Below, in pieces: positions 1-10,121 of a stretch of 64,000 bases of DNA. Position 1 is the stretch's first letter; each line of letters begins with the position of its first letter. A program made the translations under genes and the position numbers. This DNA is from an uncultured delta proteobacterium (lineage in GTDB: Bacteria; Desulfobacterota; Desulfomonilia; Desulfomonilales; Desulfomonilaceae), in NCBI GenBank assembly GCA_963789265.1, contig CAWBKB010000007.1, positions 416,001 through 480,000 on the forward strand, written 5' to 3'. The notes under the pieces were generated by a model, which saw only the letters and a list, made by a program, of their open reading frames with translations, was not told the DNA's origin and ran no database searches.

Positions 1-1754
1 TTCGAGAATAATACGTCTGCTCGAAAACCCTTCATGCCGCGTTCCTCCGCTATTTCTATCAGGTAACGAAGAAGGCTGCTCGCGATTCCACGGCGCTGGA
101 AGTCTTCGTCCACCATGAATGCTACGTCAGGATACTCCGATCCCGGCTCAATCATGTACCGAGCTTCGGCAATGATGCGGCGATTTTCCCGCGGGCCGAT
201 CGTGACCACCAGGGAGCACCCTTCTTCTTCCCGCAGGTTAACGTACTTCTGCAAGTTTTCATGCGGCATACTTTTCCGGGGGCTGAAATATCGAAAATAG
301 ACCGAACCCTCCGAAAGATTGTAGAACAGGTCCCTCATCATGGATTCATCGGATGGCTTGACCAATCTTATGTGAGCGTGAATCCCGCCCTTGAAGACGC
401 GATCGGTCCGAATCCGCCGACGGAACTCAGGCGAAAACATGCGATAATAAACCTGGTTCGGATATACATAACCCAACTCCCGGGCTTGCCTCATAAGGTC
501 TTCTCTGTGGTCGGGATGTGCGATCTCAATCAAGGCCATGGCGCGCTCCCGGATCGACTTGCCGCCCAGGTACGCAAGCCCGTATTCCGTTACAATGTAG
601 TTAACCTCACCACGATTCATGATTACCGCGGATTTGGGGCCGAATGTGGGGACAATGGTGGATCGGCCGCTTCGGATGGAAGTAGATCGGAGACAGATAA
701 TTGATCTGCCGCGCCGGGAAAGGCTCGCGCCCGTCATGAAGTCATGATCGCCTCCGGATCCTTCAAAAGCCGTCCATGAGGGGACCCCTTGCTTTATTTG
801 GCCTCGCAGGTCTACCTGAACAGCCAGGTTTACCGCTACCATGCGGTCATTCGAGGCAATGAAAGACGGGGTGAGCAGCATATCCGAGGGATAAAGCTCG
901 ATAAGGGAATTGTCGTGCACGTAGTCGTACAAACGCCGCGTGCCCATGCAACAGGTGGCCAAAGATTTGCCGCGAAACATTTTTTTTGTGCTGTTATCTA
1001 TAACGCCAGCCTCGATCAAGTCGATGAGCGGGTCGGTAAAGATCTCCGTGTGAATCCCCAGGTGCTTGCGGTCCTTGAGATAGTCCATGAGGCCCCTGGA
1101 TATGCTTGCAAAGCCGAACTGCACGACTGAGCCGTCTTCTATCAACTCACTCGCGTAGGCGCTTATCGTCATTTCCCGCTCACCGAGTACTTCTATGGGG
1201 AGTTCGCAAAGTTCTTCAGCCGCGTCAACGAGATAATCGATCCTATCAACCGGAACGAAGCTGTCACCGTGTGTTCGGGGCATCCAGGGGTTCACCTGCG
1301 CAATCACCATGCGGGCGGATTCCACAGCGGAGAGGCTCGTATCCACCGAGATACCGAGGCTGAACCGTCCGAATCTGTCGGGCTCGGAGACCTGAACTAT
1401 GGCCACATCTACGGGTATTCGTCGGTTTCTGAAGAAGTTAGGGATCTGGGAATGAAAAAGCGGGACATAATCGGCTTCGGATGGCAGTTCGGATTCTCCC
1501 GTTCGGCCTCCAACAAAGAAAGTCTTGATCCTGAATCGGCGATGGGCCTTTTTAGCGAGCGCTGTAGCCTCACGGCCGCTTATAAATTGGATCATTTCAA
1601 CATCTTCAAGGGGTGACTCTCCGAGGGCTTTGATTATTGTTGCGGGTTCGGAACACATGCTGCCCAGATAAATTCGGTCGCCATTTTTGACGCGGGCCGC
1701 GGCCTCTTCGGGAGAGACAAGCTTTGAGGCGTATTTGTGCTTCCAATTGTCCAT
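1..1754 (-). CDS. Acetyl-CoA hydrolase/CoA-transferase family protein fused to a C-terminal GNAT acetyltransferase (runs off window start)
   Basis: Absent from the ORF track (no stop in window). Manual translation from ATG 1754 gives MDNWKHKYASKLVSPEEAAARVKNGDRIYLG, then LGIHTEIF, GSGGDHDF and IVTEYGLAYLGGKSIRERAMALIEIAHPDHR, then GNAT-like RDLFYNLSEGSVYFRYF and VAFMVDEDFQRRGIAS. Confidence 0.85.
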   Translation of the reverse strand, partial: MDNWKHKYASKLVSPEEAAARVKNGDRIYLGSMCSEPATIIKALGESPLEDVEMIQFISGREATALAKKAHRRFRIKTFFVGGRTGESELPSEADYVPLFHSQIPNFFRNRRIPVDVAIVQVSEPDRFGRFSLGISVDTSLSAVESARMVIAQVNPWMPRTHGDSFVPVDRIDYLVDAAEELCELPIEVLGEREMTISAYASELIEDGSVVQFGFASISRGLMDYLKDRKHLGIHTEIFTDPLIDLIEAGVIDNSTKKMFRGKSLATCCMGTRRLYDYVHDNSLIELYPSDMLLTPSFIASNDRMVAVNLAVQVDLRGQIKQGVPSWTAFEGSGGDHDFMTGASLSRRGRSIICLRSTSIRSGRSTIVPTFGPKSAVIMNRGEVNYIVTEYGLAYLGGKSIRERAMALIEIAHPDHREDLMRQARELGYVYPNQVYYRMFSPEFRRRIRTDRVFKGGIHAHIRLVKPSDESMMRDLFYNLSEGSVYFRYFSPRKSMPHENLQKYVNLREEEGCSLVVTIGPRENRRIIAEARYMIEPGSEYPDVAFMVDEDFQRRGIASSLLRYLIEIAEERGMKGFRADVLFS

Positions 1755-1788
1755 TGTCGGTTACTCTTTCAGCGGAGGCAGAGTTTAG

Positions 1789-2102
1789 CGACCGGCGCGG
1801 AGGCCGGTCCTACCGTTGTGGTGAACTCCGAATAGTGGGGCAGTCCCGCGCGGAACGCGGGATTGCCTGCCAAAGAGACAGGCAAGATGCCTGTCCCACC
1901 AACACCATCCAGCGCCGGAGGTCGCGTAGGATGTGCTGAACCCTGCGAATGCAGAGGGGAAGCGCATCGCTCGCGTCCCGGCCAACTCCCGTCCACGACC
2001 GACCCCTTACAGATGCGCTTCACTTCGCTCAGCACATCCTACAAGACTCTTTCGAATAGTGGGGCAGGCAGGATGCCTGTCCCTCCAATACCATCCAACG
2101 CC
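1789..2102. repeat. Cluster of REP-like palindromes from several families
   Basis: ACCGGCGCGGAGGCCGGTCCTAC; GACAGGCAAGATGCCTGTCCCACC; inverted pair GTAGGATGTGCTGA...AAGCGCATC / GATGCGCTTCACTTCGCTCAGCACATCCTAC. Similar motifs recur in most intergenic regions. Confidence 0.8.
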
Positions 2103-2104
2103 AA

Positions 2105-3173
2105 CTACCAAAGATCTGCCAAAAACCCCTCTTCCTCGACCTCTTGCCGTATGCGTCGGATTTTGGAAAGTGAGTCGAAAAAACACTCGAGGATCTTCGG
2201 GTCGAAATGGCTTCCATTACATTCTTTCATCACGGACAGAGCTTCAGCCTCGGGGAAGGCCGGCCGATAGACGCGGTCGGAGATCAGGGAATCATACACA
2301 TCAGCCACCGCCACTATACGGGCGGATTCCGGAATAGCTTCTCCTGCCAATCCGTGCGGGTATCCCGAGCCGTCCCATTTTTCGTGATGCGACAACGCAA
2401 TTTCTCCCGCAGTTTTCAGCACCTCGAAATTCGACCCCTTCATAATCCCGGCCCCTATCTCGGTGTGCTTTTTCACTATTTCGAATTCTACGGAGGTCAA
2501 TTTCCCCGGCTTGAGCAAAATACTGTCAGGAATGCCGATCTTGCCCACATCATGAATAGGAGCCGCTATTCTGATGTCGTCCACTTCTTTGGCCTCCCAC
2601 CCGAGGTAAGCCTTTGACAGCTCCGCCGAGAAAAGCCCGATTCTCTTGACATGACCCGGGGTCTCGTCAGTGCGTCGGCCTATGGCGGAAGTGAGCCGTA
2701 GGACGAATTGCTCTTCTTGCTTACGGACTTCTCCTATCCGCTGTCGGACGTGCTCAGCCAGGTTGCTCTCGGTACTCATGGCTCAAACGGCTGATATCCC
2801 GGCGTTCCAGAGCACTGGCGACGCTTATCAGGATCTCGTTCTTGTCAAACGGTTTGATTATATACCCATAAGCGCCGAGTTCCAGCGTAAGGATTGCTGT
2901 TTTGCGGTCATCTACCGCGGTGACCATCAGGACCGCCATGTCAGGGTACAGGGGCCTGGTGATTGTCAAGAGATCGATCCCGGACATGCCCGGCATCATG
3001 ATGTCGCTAATCAGCAAATGAAACGTCTGCTGTTCCATGAACTTCAAAGCGGTCTCTCCATCGGACGCGGTGACGCATCTGTAACCTTCACCGGTCAACC
3101 AGCGAGAGAGAATTTCTGAGATGTGCGGCTCATCGTCTACAATAAGAATCTTTCCGTCTCGGCCTTCGGTCAT
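2105..3173 (-). CDS. RpfG-like response regulator (REC + HD-GYP phosphodiesterase), split by a +1 frameshift at ~2771
   Basis: REC ORF (ILIVDDE, LISDIMMPG, YIIKPF) and HD-GYP ORF (HDVGK, HHEKWDGSGYP) join as RLSHEYESNLAEHVRQR when one base is removed at 2771-2772. Confidence 0.85.
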
Positions 3174-3354
3174 TGCGGACCCCTTCCAGGTTGCTTTACA
3201 GATTCCCACACGTAACATATATATTATACTTGTTTTTTGAGTCAATGAAAAACCGCAACGGAATACAAAGCCTGGCGCTTAGTACAGCGTTTCATAGGTA
3301 CGGTTTCTTATTTCGGGCAATGTTGTGTCTGCTTACAACCCTGTTCGACGCCGT

Positions 3355-3570
3355 CACCCCGGACTCCGATCCGGGCTATGTAGGGGCGGACCCGCGTGTC
3401 CGCCCCTACAGATGCTCGCGTACGCGGGCATAACGGCAGGCAATCCCGCCCGGGTCAGAGGTAGGGGATTTCGTGTTACGATTTTGTCCGGTTCAAGAGT
3501 TTTGAGACAGTTCCATCTTGCCTGTCGATCATGAAATGACAGGCAATCCCGCCCAGGCGGGACTGTCCCG
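3355..3570. repeat. REP-like cluster with a solo MITE right end (3500-3514)
   Basis: GTAGGGGCGGACCCGCGTGTCCGCCCCTAC palindrome; 3470-3514 nearly identical to 44256-44299; followed by ATCTTGCCTGTC...GACAGGCAA. Confidence 0.75.
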
Positions 3571-3802
3571 ATACATGCGGGGGAGGAAAACGCGTCATTG
3601 GAGATAGAACGAGCAAAAGCCTGCACGCGCAAACTCTTGCTCGATCTTTTACGTTGGCACGCCTCGAAAGTGGTCTTAAGGATAAAGCCCTTTCGGCCCT
3701 ATCATCCTTGCTCTCCGCCGAGAGAGAGGGTAAGGACGATGTCCTAGCAATTTCAAAGCGTTTTGTGGCAGTTCAGTAAGGCTATAAGGCTAAATCGGCT
3801 TT

Positions 3803-4111
3803 TTACCAGCGGGACTGCCTGTGCTCTCTTCTTCCGCCTCCGCCTCCGCCTCCGCCCTCTCTCTTCGGGCGAGCCTCATTCACTTTCAGACTGCGGCCTT
3901 TGAAATCTTTGGTGTCCAATTCCTGAATCGCACGCAAGCCCTCTTCACGCTCAGCCATCTCGATGAAGCCAAATCCTCGAGATCTACCGGTGAATTGGTC
4001 GGAGATAATCTTTGCGGAATCGACCCGGCCGTAAGCCTCGAACAGTTCCTTGAGTTGGTCCTCGCTTGCGTCGAAGGACAAGTTACCGACATAAATGTTG
4101 ATCGCGCTCAT
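3803..4111 (-). CDS. RRM-domain RNA-binding protein with Gly-rich tail
   Basis: RNP2 IYVGNL, RNP1 RGFGFIEM, LKVNEARP, poly-Gly tail. Confidence 0.95.
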   Translation of the reverse strand: MSAINIYVGNLSFDASEDQLKELFEAYGRVDSAKIISDQFTGRSRGFGFIEMAEREEGLRAIQELDTKDFKGRSLKVNEARPKREGGGGGGGGRREHRQSRW

Positions 4112-4407
4112 TCTTTCGCTCCTTTGTGAAAAAACACCCTTGTATGAACTACATGAGTGCAGGGTTGAACATTACTATCCAAGAGATACGGGAGTAGATT
4201 CACCGGAGTGATAAATGTGCGGGTTATTAGCACGGGCGTATTCTTAAATCGTGGTCTCTCTCTTCTTGCTTCACGCCCGTCAGCTAAAATAGGCCGGGGG
4301 GGAAATACAAGGAAATCTTTACGTTGCAATATAGGACAGGCTATTCCACCTGTCAAGATATTTCCGTCGAAGATAGTATGTATTCACTAGATGTGGAGCA
4401 AAAGGTT

Positions 4408-4493
4408 GTTGTTGCGAGTCCCGCGCCTCGCGGGAAAGCAATCTCCTCCCCATGCGCTCGCGTAAGATGCGGGGAAGCCCCGCGAACTCGGAC
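4408..4493. repeat. REP-like element (TTGCGAG...AAGCAATCTC family) containing a mini-hairpin
   Basis: TTGCGAG[TCCCGCGCCTCGCGGGA]AAGCAATCTC versus TTGCGAG[CGGAGCG]AAGCAATCTC at 60631. Confidence 0.7.
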
Positions 4494-5732
4494 CTACTGC
4501 ATTTTGGGCATGTTGCACCCTGTTTGCTCTAACGAAGGGGTAATCGCCTCGCCCGGAAATATCTTCATAGAATCGAGTCTCCGGCACCGCAATTTTGCAT
4601 CAAAATCTCCCGTCAAACCCCAAACCCCGTCGATGATCGCTTGATGATCGCCTGCTCGAATAAGAGTTCGTCCTTGAGGCAGGTCCACAAATAATCCCTC
4701 GAGGGCCTTTACGACCTTGTCCTTGTCGACTGTGCCGGCTTTCTTCACTGCTTCAACATAAGTTTTTACCCCCGCGTACCCTCCCTGAGCATTAAAATCG
4801 GGAAACACGTGGTATCGCGCCCTGTACGCTTCCACGAACTGTTCATTTGCGGGCGTAGTCTGCGCTTGGAACCAATAAAGGCCACTCAGCCATACTCCCT
4901 TTGGCAGTTCGGTTCCGAGTCCAATCATGACATCTCCTGAATACGCGAGGTTCATCAATACCTTCCGACCGGCGCTGAAAAAACCGGCAGCGGAGGCCTC
5001 ACGAATGAAATCCATCAGATTACCCGAATAGAGTGAGATCAGAACGCCGTTGGCTCCGGTCTTCATGATCTTTTCGATGTACGGCTTGAACTCGAGAGTC
5101 GTAACAGGCGCGTAGGCAATTTCCGATTTCGGAGCAAACGTCACGTCACTGCGCTTATCCCGAAGATAATTCTGAAAGTATTCCCAGCACTGGTAACCGA
5201 ATAGATAGTCGGGTCCTATTGTTGTCCAGTGCGTAACATCCTTCATGTCGGCTGCCAAGGTCGCTGCTCCCATGATATTCTGAGGCCCATTCATCGAAAT
5301 GCGAAATGTGTACGGATTGCACTTTGGGCCCGTAACATCCGGCGTCATGGCAAGCGTGATGATGAGAGGAGTCTTCAATCGATCCATCTCCGGGGACACG
5401 GCATCCGCCACAGCACTGGAAACTATGCCCAACACCACGTCGACTTTCTGATCGCTCACAAGCTTTTTCGCCGCTTCAACACCAACCTTGGGTTTCAGTT
5501 GCGTGTCCGAAAAGATCCCTTCCACTCTTCGGCCCAGCAGACCACCTGCTTGGTTGACTTCTTCCATTGCAATCGTGGCGCCCTGCTTGGCACCTGCGCC
5601 GTAGGTGGCAAGCCGGCCGGAAAACGTGTAGAGAAAACCTAATTTTATAGGCTCCTGAGATATACACGGAGAGGGACGGAAAAATGTGATTGCGATGAGG
5701 CAGGAAGCAACTAAAACCGAGATTGCTTTCAT
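4494..5732 (-). CDS. Branched-chain amino acid-type ABC transporter substrate-binding protein (orphan)
   Basis: Signal peptide, PIKLGFLYTFSG, EEVNQAGGLLGR, PDYLFG, IRAGDHQAI. Confidence 0.9.
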   Translation of the reverse strand: MKAISVLVASCLIAITFFRPSPCISQEPIKLGFLYTFSGRLATYGAGAKQGATIAMEEVNQAGGLLGRRVEGIFSDTQLKPKVGVEAAKKLVSDQKVDVVLGIVSSAVADAVSPEMDRLKTPLIITLAMTPDVTGPKCNPYTFRISMNGPQNIMGAATLAADMKDVTHWTTIGPDYLFGYQCWEYFQNYLRDKRSDVTFAPKSEIAYAPVTTLEFKPYIEKIMKTGANGVLISLYSGNLMDFIREASAAGFFSAGRKVLMNLAYSGDVMIGLGTELPKGVWLSGLYWFQAQTTPANEQFVEAYRARYHVFPDFNAQGGYAGVKTYVEAVKKAGTVDKDKVVKALEGLFVDLPQGRTLIRAGDHQAIIDGVWGLTGDFDAKLRCRRLDSMKIFPGEAITPSLEQTGCNMPKMQ

Positions 5733-6270
5733 AGCGGCTCCTTTCGGGTGGTCTGGAAACGCGAAGCGCAGTGTTCTATTTGCAATTATATGTTTTTACA
5801 GTAAGTTGCGGTTTATGGACGGAAAACTTGAGGCTTTCCACCTTAATACCTTGCGGGCCTGCTTCTACCACCTCCTTCCGCCAGGGTCCTATAGGAGCTG
5901 CTCAAATTGCAGTTGGTCTGCAAGCGGTCCCTGGTAAAGTGCTCGAGATCCACGACTGAATACCACAAGTGCGCATTTTGAGTGTCTGTCCGAAGGTGCG
6001 GGGCAGGTGATATGCACCACCTATCTCGCAAGAAGCGAGGAGATCCTCATTGCAAGAAGAATACCTGTCTGCCAAGCATCCCGAGAATACTCGGCTTTTG
6101 TTCCTCAGTCAACAAAAAGGTAAACTATCTTTCAGCCTGAAAGGTGTTTTTTTCTTAGCGGATTGCTCGGCCAATGTGCGGAGTACACAGGAATCTGCTC
6201 TTTCGCTAGCCGATGAATGCTAGGATGGCCCAATTACCTTCCAATTCGGAAACAATTTCGACCTTGGACC

Positions 6271-6299
6271 TTGTCACCCGTAACGTATCATGTTACAGT
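6271..6299 (+). promoter_or_regulatory. sigma70 promoter of higBA with overlapping palindromic operator
   Basis: TTGTCA (6271-6276), 17 nt spacer, TG-n-TACAGT (6294-6299); inverted repeat GTAAC-N7-GTTAC at 6280-6296; ATG 6 nt after the -10 box. Confidence 0.65.
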
Positions 6300-6305
6300 G
6301 TTAAT

Positions 6306-6584
6306 ATGGTCGTCAGATTCAAGCACAAGGGCCTGGAGCGCTTCTTCGCCGAGGCCAGCCGCGCGGGTATTCAGAGCAAACACGCGAAGCGCCTCCGCCT
6401 TATCTTGGGTCGTTTGCATGCCTCGACCAGCCCGCGAGACATGAAATTGCCCGGTTTGAATATGCATGAATTGAGCGGAGATCGTGGGGGTTATTGGGCG
6501 GTCAAAGTTAGTGGTAATTGGCGTGTAACTTTTCGCTTTGTAGGCGAAGATGCCGATTCAGTAGACTATGAAGACCATCCGTGA
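6306..6584 (+). CDS. higB: HigB (RelE superfamily) toxin
   Basis: [37 protein letters not shown]; start set at ATG 6306. Confidence 0.9.
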   Translation: MVVRFKHKGLERFFAEASRAGIQSKHAKRLRLILGRLHASTSPRDMKLPGLNMHELSGDRGGYWAVKVSGNWRVTFRFVGEDADSVDYEDHP

Positions 6585-6592
6585 GGTGTAAT

Positions 6593-6880
6593 ATGCTGAT
6601 GCACAATCCTCCTCATCCCGGAGAGATCCTCAAGGAACTATGTTTGAAGCCGCTTGGACTAACTGTAACCGAGACAGCCAAGGCGTTGGGTGTGAGCCGA
6701 AAGACATTGTCCGGCATTCTCAATGGTCATGCCGGGATAAGCCCTGAAATGGCCATACGGCTCTCCATTGCATTTGACACCACGGCTGAGAGCTGGCTAA
6801 ACCAGCAGGTGCAATACGATCTGTGGCAAGCGGAGCAGCGCCGAGATCAGCTCAGGGTCAAGCGCCTGTCCGCGGCTTAG
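6593..6880 (+). CDS. higA: HigA family antitoxin (XRE HTH)
   Basis: [35 protein letters not shown]. Confidence 0.93.
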   Translation: MLMHNPPHPGEILKELCLKPLGLTVTETAKALGVSRKTLSGILNGHAGISPEMAIRLSIAFDTTAESWLNQQVQYDLWQAEQRRDQLRVKRLSAA

Positions 6881-6933
6881 ATCGGTAGGAAGACGTGGTA
6901 GAGGCCCGTCATCAACTGAGGTATAATTAAACT

Positions 6934-7176
6934 ATGAAACAGGATGCTGCGGAAATTTTAAAGAAGGCCCTGGAGCTTCCACCTGAAGCGCAAGCGGCAA
7001 TTGCCGGATCATTGCTTGACAGCCTTGACCAGACTCTCGATGACAACGTGGAAGCGGCATGGGAGGATGAGATCCTCCTACGTCTGAAAGACATCGATGA
7101 GGGCAGAGTCAACCTGGTGCCCCGGGCTGAAGCTCGACGGCTGATAACGGTAAGTAACGGCACGGTGAATCTGTGA
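6934..7176 (+). CDS. Putative addiction-module antitoxin component
   Basis: ILKKALELPPEAQAAIA, SLD, EAAWEDEILLRL, EGRV pattern; TATAAT 6 nt upstream of ATG. Confidence 0.8.
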   Translation: MKQDAAEILKKALELPPEAQAAIAGSLLDSLDQTLDDNVEAAWEDEILLRLKDIDEGRVNLVPRAEARRLITVSNGTVNL

Positions 7177-7427
7177 GCCGGCATCAAAAGCTTCTCTTTC
7201 AGATCTTGCGTGGTGTGTCAGACGACAATATTCCTTTCGATGGTCTATGCGCGCTACTCCTGCGGTTGGGTTTTCATGAACGCACCCGCGGTAGCCATCA
7301 CATCTTTAGGAAAGAAGGGATTGACGAGAAGATCAACCTGCAACGAGATAGCGCACAGGCTAAGGCATATCAGGTTCGTCAAGTGCGGGCAGTGATACTA
7401 AAATATCGTCTGGGAGGAGACCTCTAG
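7173..7427 (+). CDS. hicA: HicA family toxin
   Basis: LGFHERTRGSHHIF, INLQ, AKAYQVRQVR. Confidence 0.88.
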   Translation: MSRHQKLLFQILRGVSDDNIPFDGLCALLLRLGFHERTRGSHHIFRKEGIDEKINLQRDSAQAKAYQVRQVRAVILKYRLGGDL

Positions 7428-7640
7428 ATGCAAAAATACGAAATTATTATCTATTGGAGCAATGAGGATCAGGCATTCATAGCTGACGTGCCGGAACTGC
7501 CCGGCTGCATGGCACATGGGGATAGTGAAGAGTTAGCGCTGCAGCAGGCCAAAGAGGCCATTCAGCTATGGGTTGACACCGCGCGAGAGTTTGGAGACCC
7601 AATACCTGAGCCCAAAGGCCGCCGCCTTATGCTTGCGTGA
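7428..7640 (+). CDS. hicB: HicB family antitoxin
   Basis: YWSNEDQAFIADVPELPGCMAHG, IPEPKGR. Confidence 0.92.
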   Translation: MQKYEIIIYWSNEDQAFIADVPELPGCMAHGDSEELALQQAKEAIQLWVDTAREFGDPIPEPKGRRLMLA

Positions 7641-7745
7641 GGAGCAGTTCGTGGGTCGGGCCATACTCGATCACACGGGCTGCCCTACAAATTCCTGGTA
7701 CGGCCGAACCCAATGCCGGTTTTGTCTGCAAGATTGTACAGAATG

Positions 7746-8450
7746 TCAGGTTGTTACCAGAAGATCCTCCTTCGCTCGACGTTCCAGCAGCATCTCAGCC
7801 ATCTCAAGATCTTCGACCGTGGTGATCTTTGTGTTGTCCCGAGAATCCTCGACGATGTCCACCAGAAGCCCCATACGTTCCACGAGCATCGCGTCGTCAG
7901 TTCCGTTGAAGCCGGCTTCCAGGGCTTTCCGATGTGCTTCGAGGATCAATGACGTGCGGAATGTCTGAGGCGTGTGAGCCAGCCATAGGTCCGAGCGCGG
8001 AATGGTCTCCAGATGACCGTCGGTCCTTTTCTTGACTGTGTCGCGAATCGGCAAGCACGCGAGGGCCGCACCGATTGATTCGGCAGCTCTGATAGTAGCC
8101 GTAATGACATCAGCAGAAACCAGAGGCCGCACCCCGTCATGAATCGCGACTATGTCCGTGTCTTCAAGCATGGTCAGGCCGTTGTAAACTGAGGCTTGTC
8201 TGGTCGAGCCTCCGGCAACGACCGCTATAACTTTTCTCAAATCGAAAGGTTCCAGAATTTCCGATCGACAAAGATCTTCATCTTCAGGGGGGACCGTCAC
8301 AACAATGCGGTCAATGAGCGGGTGCTTCTCAAAGGCGATCAAAGTGCGAGCCAGGATCGGAACCCCTTTCAGAGCTAAATACTGCTTCGGGATGCGGCTA
8401 CCCATCCTCACGCCGGCACCTGCCGCTGTGATAAGCGCTGCAACAATCAT
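7746..8450 (-). CDS. ispD: 2-C-methyl-D-erythritol 4-phosphate cytidylyltransferase
   Basis: AAGAGVRMG, PKQYL, GGSTRQASV, IHDGVRP, HTPQTF, TDDA, KITT. Confidence 0.95.
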   Translation of the reverse strand: MIVAALITAAGAGVRMGSRIPKQYLALKGVPILARTLIAFEKHPLIDRIVVTVPPEDEDLCRSEILEPFDLRKVIAVVAGGSTRQASVYNGLTMLEDTDIVAIHDGVRPLVSADVITATIRAAESIGAALACLPIRDTVKKRTDGHLETIPRSDLWLAHTPQTFRTSLILEAHRKALEAGFNGTDDAMLVERMGLLVDIVEDSRDNTKITTVEDLEMAEMLLERRAKEDLLVTT

Positions 8451-8502
8451 CTGCCTCGGCTCCAAAGCAATTTCAAAACGTGAAGAGCATTTGAAAGCGT
8501 GC

Positions 8503-8553
8503 CGGGGGCAACTTTTTGCAAAAAGTTTCCCCCGGCAACCCCCTTCAAAAACT
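8503..8553. repeat. Palindromic intergenic repeat
   Basis: GGGGGCAACTTTTTGCAAAAAGTTTCCCCC hairpin followed by CCCCTTCAAAAACT. Confidence 0.55.
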
Positions 8554-8708
8554 CTTTATCATCGCAAATGCTTGCACCCGCCGCCAGTCTGATGACGAGG
8601 TCGAAAGGATGAGTGCCGGCTGGTCTTGGATCAAGCATCGGCCTGTGCCCCTAAGGCAACGGGAATGTAAATAACTAGAGCATTTGCAGCCACTTTGGCG
8701 TTCCGCGG

Positions 8709-10121
8709 CTAACCGGTACTCTTGAGATAATGTTGATTTTTCAAGATCTTCAGGATCCTAGCCTTCCAGCCTCTGGGGACGTGGATCGTATGAGTCAATG
8801 TGCGATTGTTGCGGGAAGCTCTGAATGCCGTCTCGCCTTTGGCCAAGCTCCCGTTGATCTCTCGGATGAAACGGACTGGGGCTTCGCATACCGCAGCAAG
8901 AAAAGTCAAAGGCAGGTCTCGGGTCAGTTGAATTCCCTCGAGGGTGTCAAAATGCATCGGCGAAATTGGAGGCACTCTCACACCGTAGAACTTGCGATTC
9001 GCATCTATAATCGAAAACGCGATCCAACGAGGAACATAATTCTCGGTCTCCAGGGGAAGTTTCATATCCCAGTACGAGACTGTATGATACGCGGCTATTC
9101 TAAATTTGGTCTCACTTAGACCTGCATTGTACGCGGCTGCAGCCGTGAGCCAGCTCGATCTATTTGCAGAATCCGAGATTTTGGTCCGCAGCCATTTCAA
9201 GTATCTGGCAGCAGACCTCGTGGAAAGTGCCAGGTCCCGGCGCTCGTCTTTCCAGCCGTCCACTTGTAAAGTCCAGTCCTGTTCGGGGTCTTTCGCGATG
9301 GATTGCACCGCGGTCGGCCTTACGAATTGCCACCACCCGTGAGCCATTGACCGCGACATTACGGTTCGGTTGTAACCCGACTCCAACGCCGGCAACAGAG
9401 CGAGCTCAGAGGGAACGCCTTCCATGTGCAAGATCCGGCTGATTATTTCTCCGTAACGATCCTTCCGCTTGAGCCAAATCCCTGTGGTATTGCGAAAATC
9501 CGTCAGGAGATAAGTCAACTGATATTCAATCCTGCGCCGCACGTCCGCTCTTTCCAGAGGGATGCGCTCGCCGCAGAAAATGAAGCCGGCTTTGGTCGTT
9601 CCCGGCGGCAGTCCCTTTCCGGGCGTTGTCACTGTCAGCGTGTCCGGGGGCCGATAGCTTAGACATTCGAGAATGTGTCTCGAAAGGATCGCTTCCCTCT
9701 TGGACGCAGCGATGACCTCATGTCTTCGAATGGCACCGAGTTGGACGCCAACATCTCTAACGGGATCGGCTATAAAAAAATCACTAGGAAGATTCTCGTT
9801 CCACAGAATGAATCGAGCCAACAGACTTTCGGGCGGTCCGGGAATTCTGCCTGACGAAGACAAACCTTCCAGTGCCTTGAAATCCATGTTGGCCGGCACT
9901 TTCCCGTAAGTTTTTATGATTGAGCCGTAATTGATAGGTAGTTCGCCTCCGCGTGAATCCGCATAAGCGATCTCCGCGGCCAGTTGGCGAGAAACATAGT
10001 ACGCTGCAAGAAGTGGAAGCCTGGCATGCACGTCGCGCTCCACAGCCGGGTAATACACCATGGCAAAGCAAATTACCGGGACCAGGAAGCAGGGACCGAT
10101 TGCATAGAGGAAGTAACTCAT
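8709..10121 (-). CDS. Membrane-anchored lytic transglycosylase (MltD-like SLT domain)
   Basis: LPALESGY, AHGWWQF, DERRD, AAAAYNAG, ETENYVPR; N-terminal hydrophobic anchor. Confidence 0.88.
   Translation of the reverse strand: MSYFLYAIGPCFLVPVICFAMVYYPAVERDVHARLPLLAAYYVSRQLAAEIAYADSRGGELPINYGSIIKTYGKVPANMDFKALEGLSSSGRIPGPPESLLARFILWNENLPSDFFIADPVRDVGVQLGAIRRHEVIAASKREAILSRHILECLSYRPPDTLTVTTPGKGLPPGTTKAGFIFCGERIPLERADVRRRIEYQLTYLLTDFRNTTGIWLKRKDRYGEIISRILHMEGVPSELALLPALESGYNRTVMSRSMAHGWWQFVRPTAVQSIAKDPEQDWTLQVDGWKDERRDLALSTRSAARYLKWLRTKISDSANRSSWLTAAAAYNAGLSETKFRIAAYHTVSYWDMKLPLETENYVPRWIAFSIIDANRKFYGVRVPPISPMHFDTLEGIQLTRDLPLTFLAAVCEAPVRFIREINGSLAKGETAFRASRNNRTLTHTIHVPRGWKARILKILKNQHYLKSTG

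Noticed and set aside
1724..2337. Overlapping short ORFs with GKMPVPP-like peptides (also near 47800 and 60700)
   Set aside because: Translations of REP palindromes, not genes.
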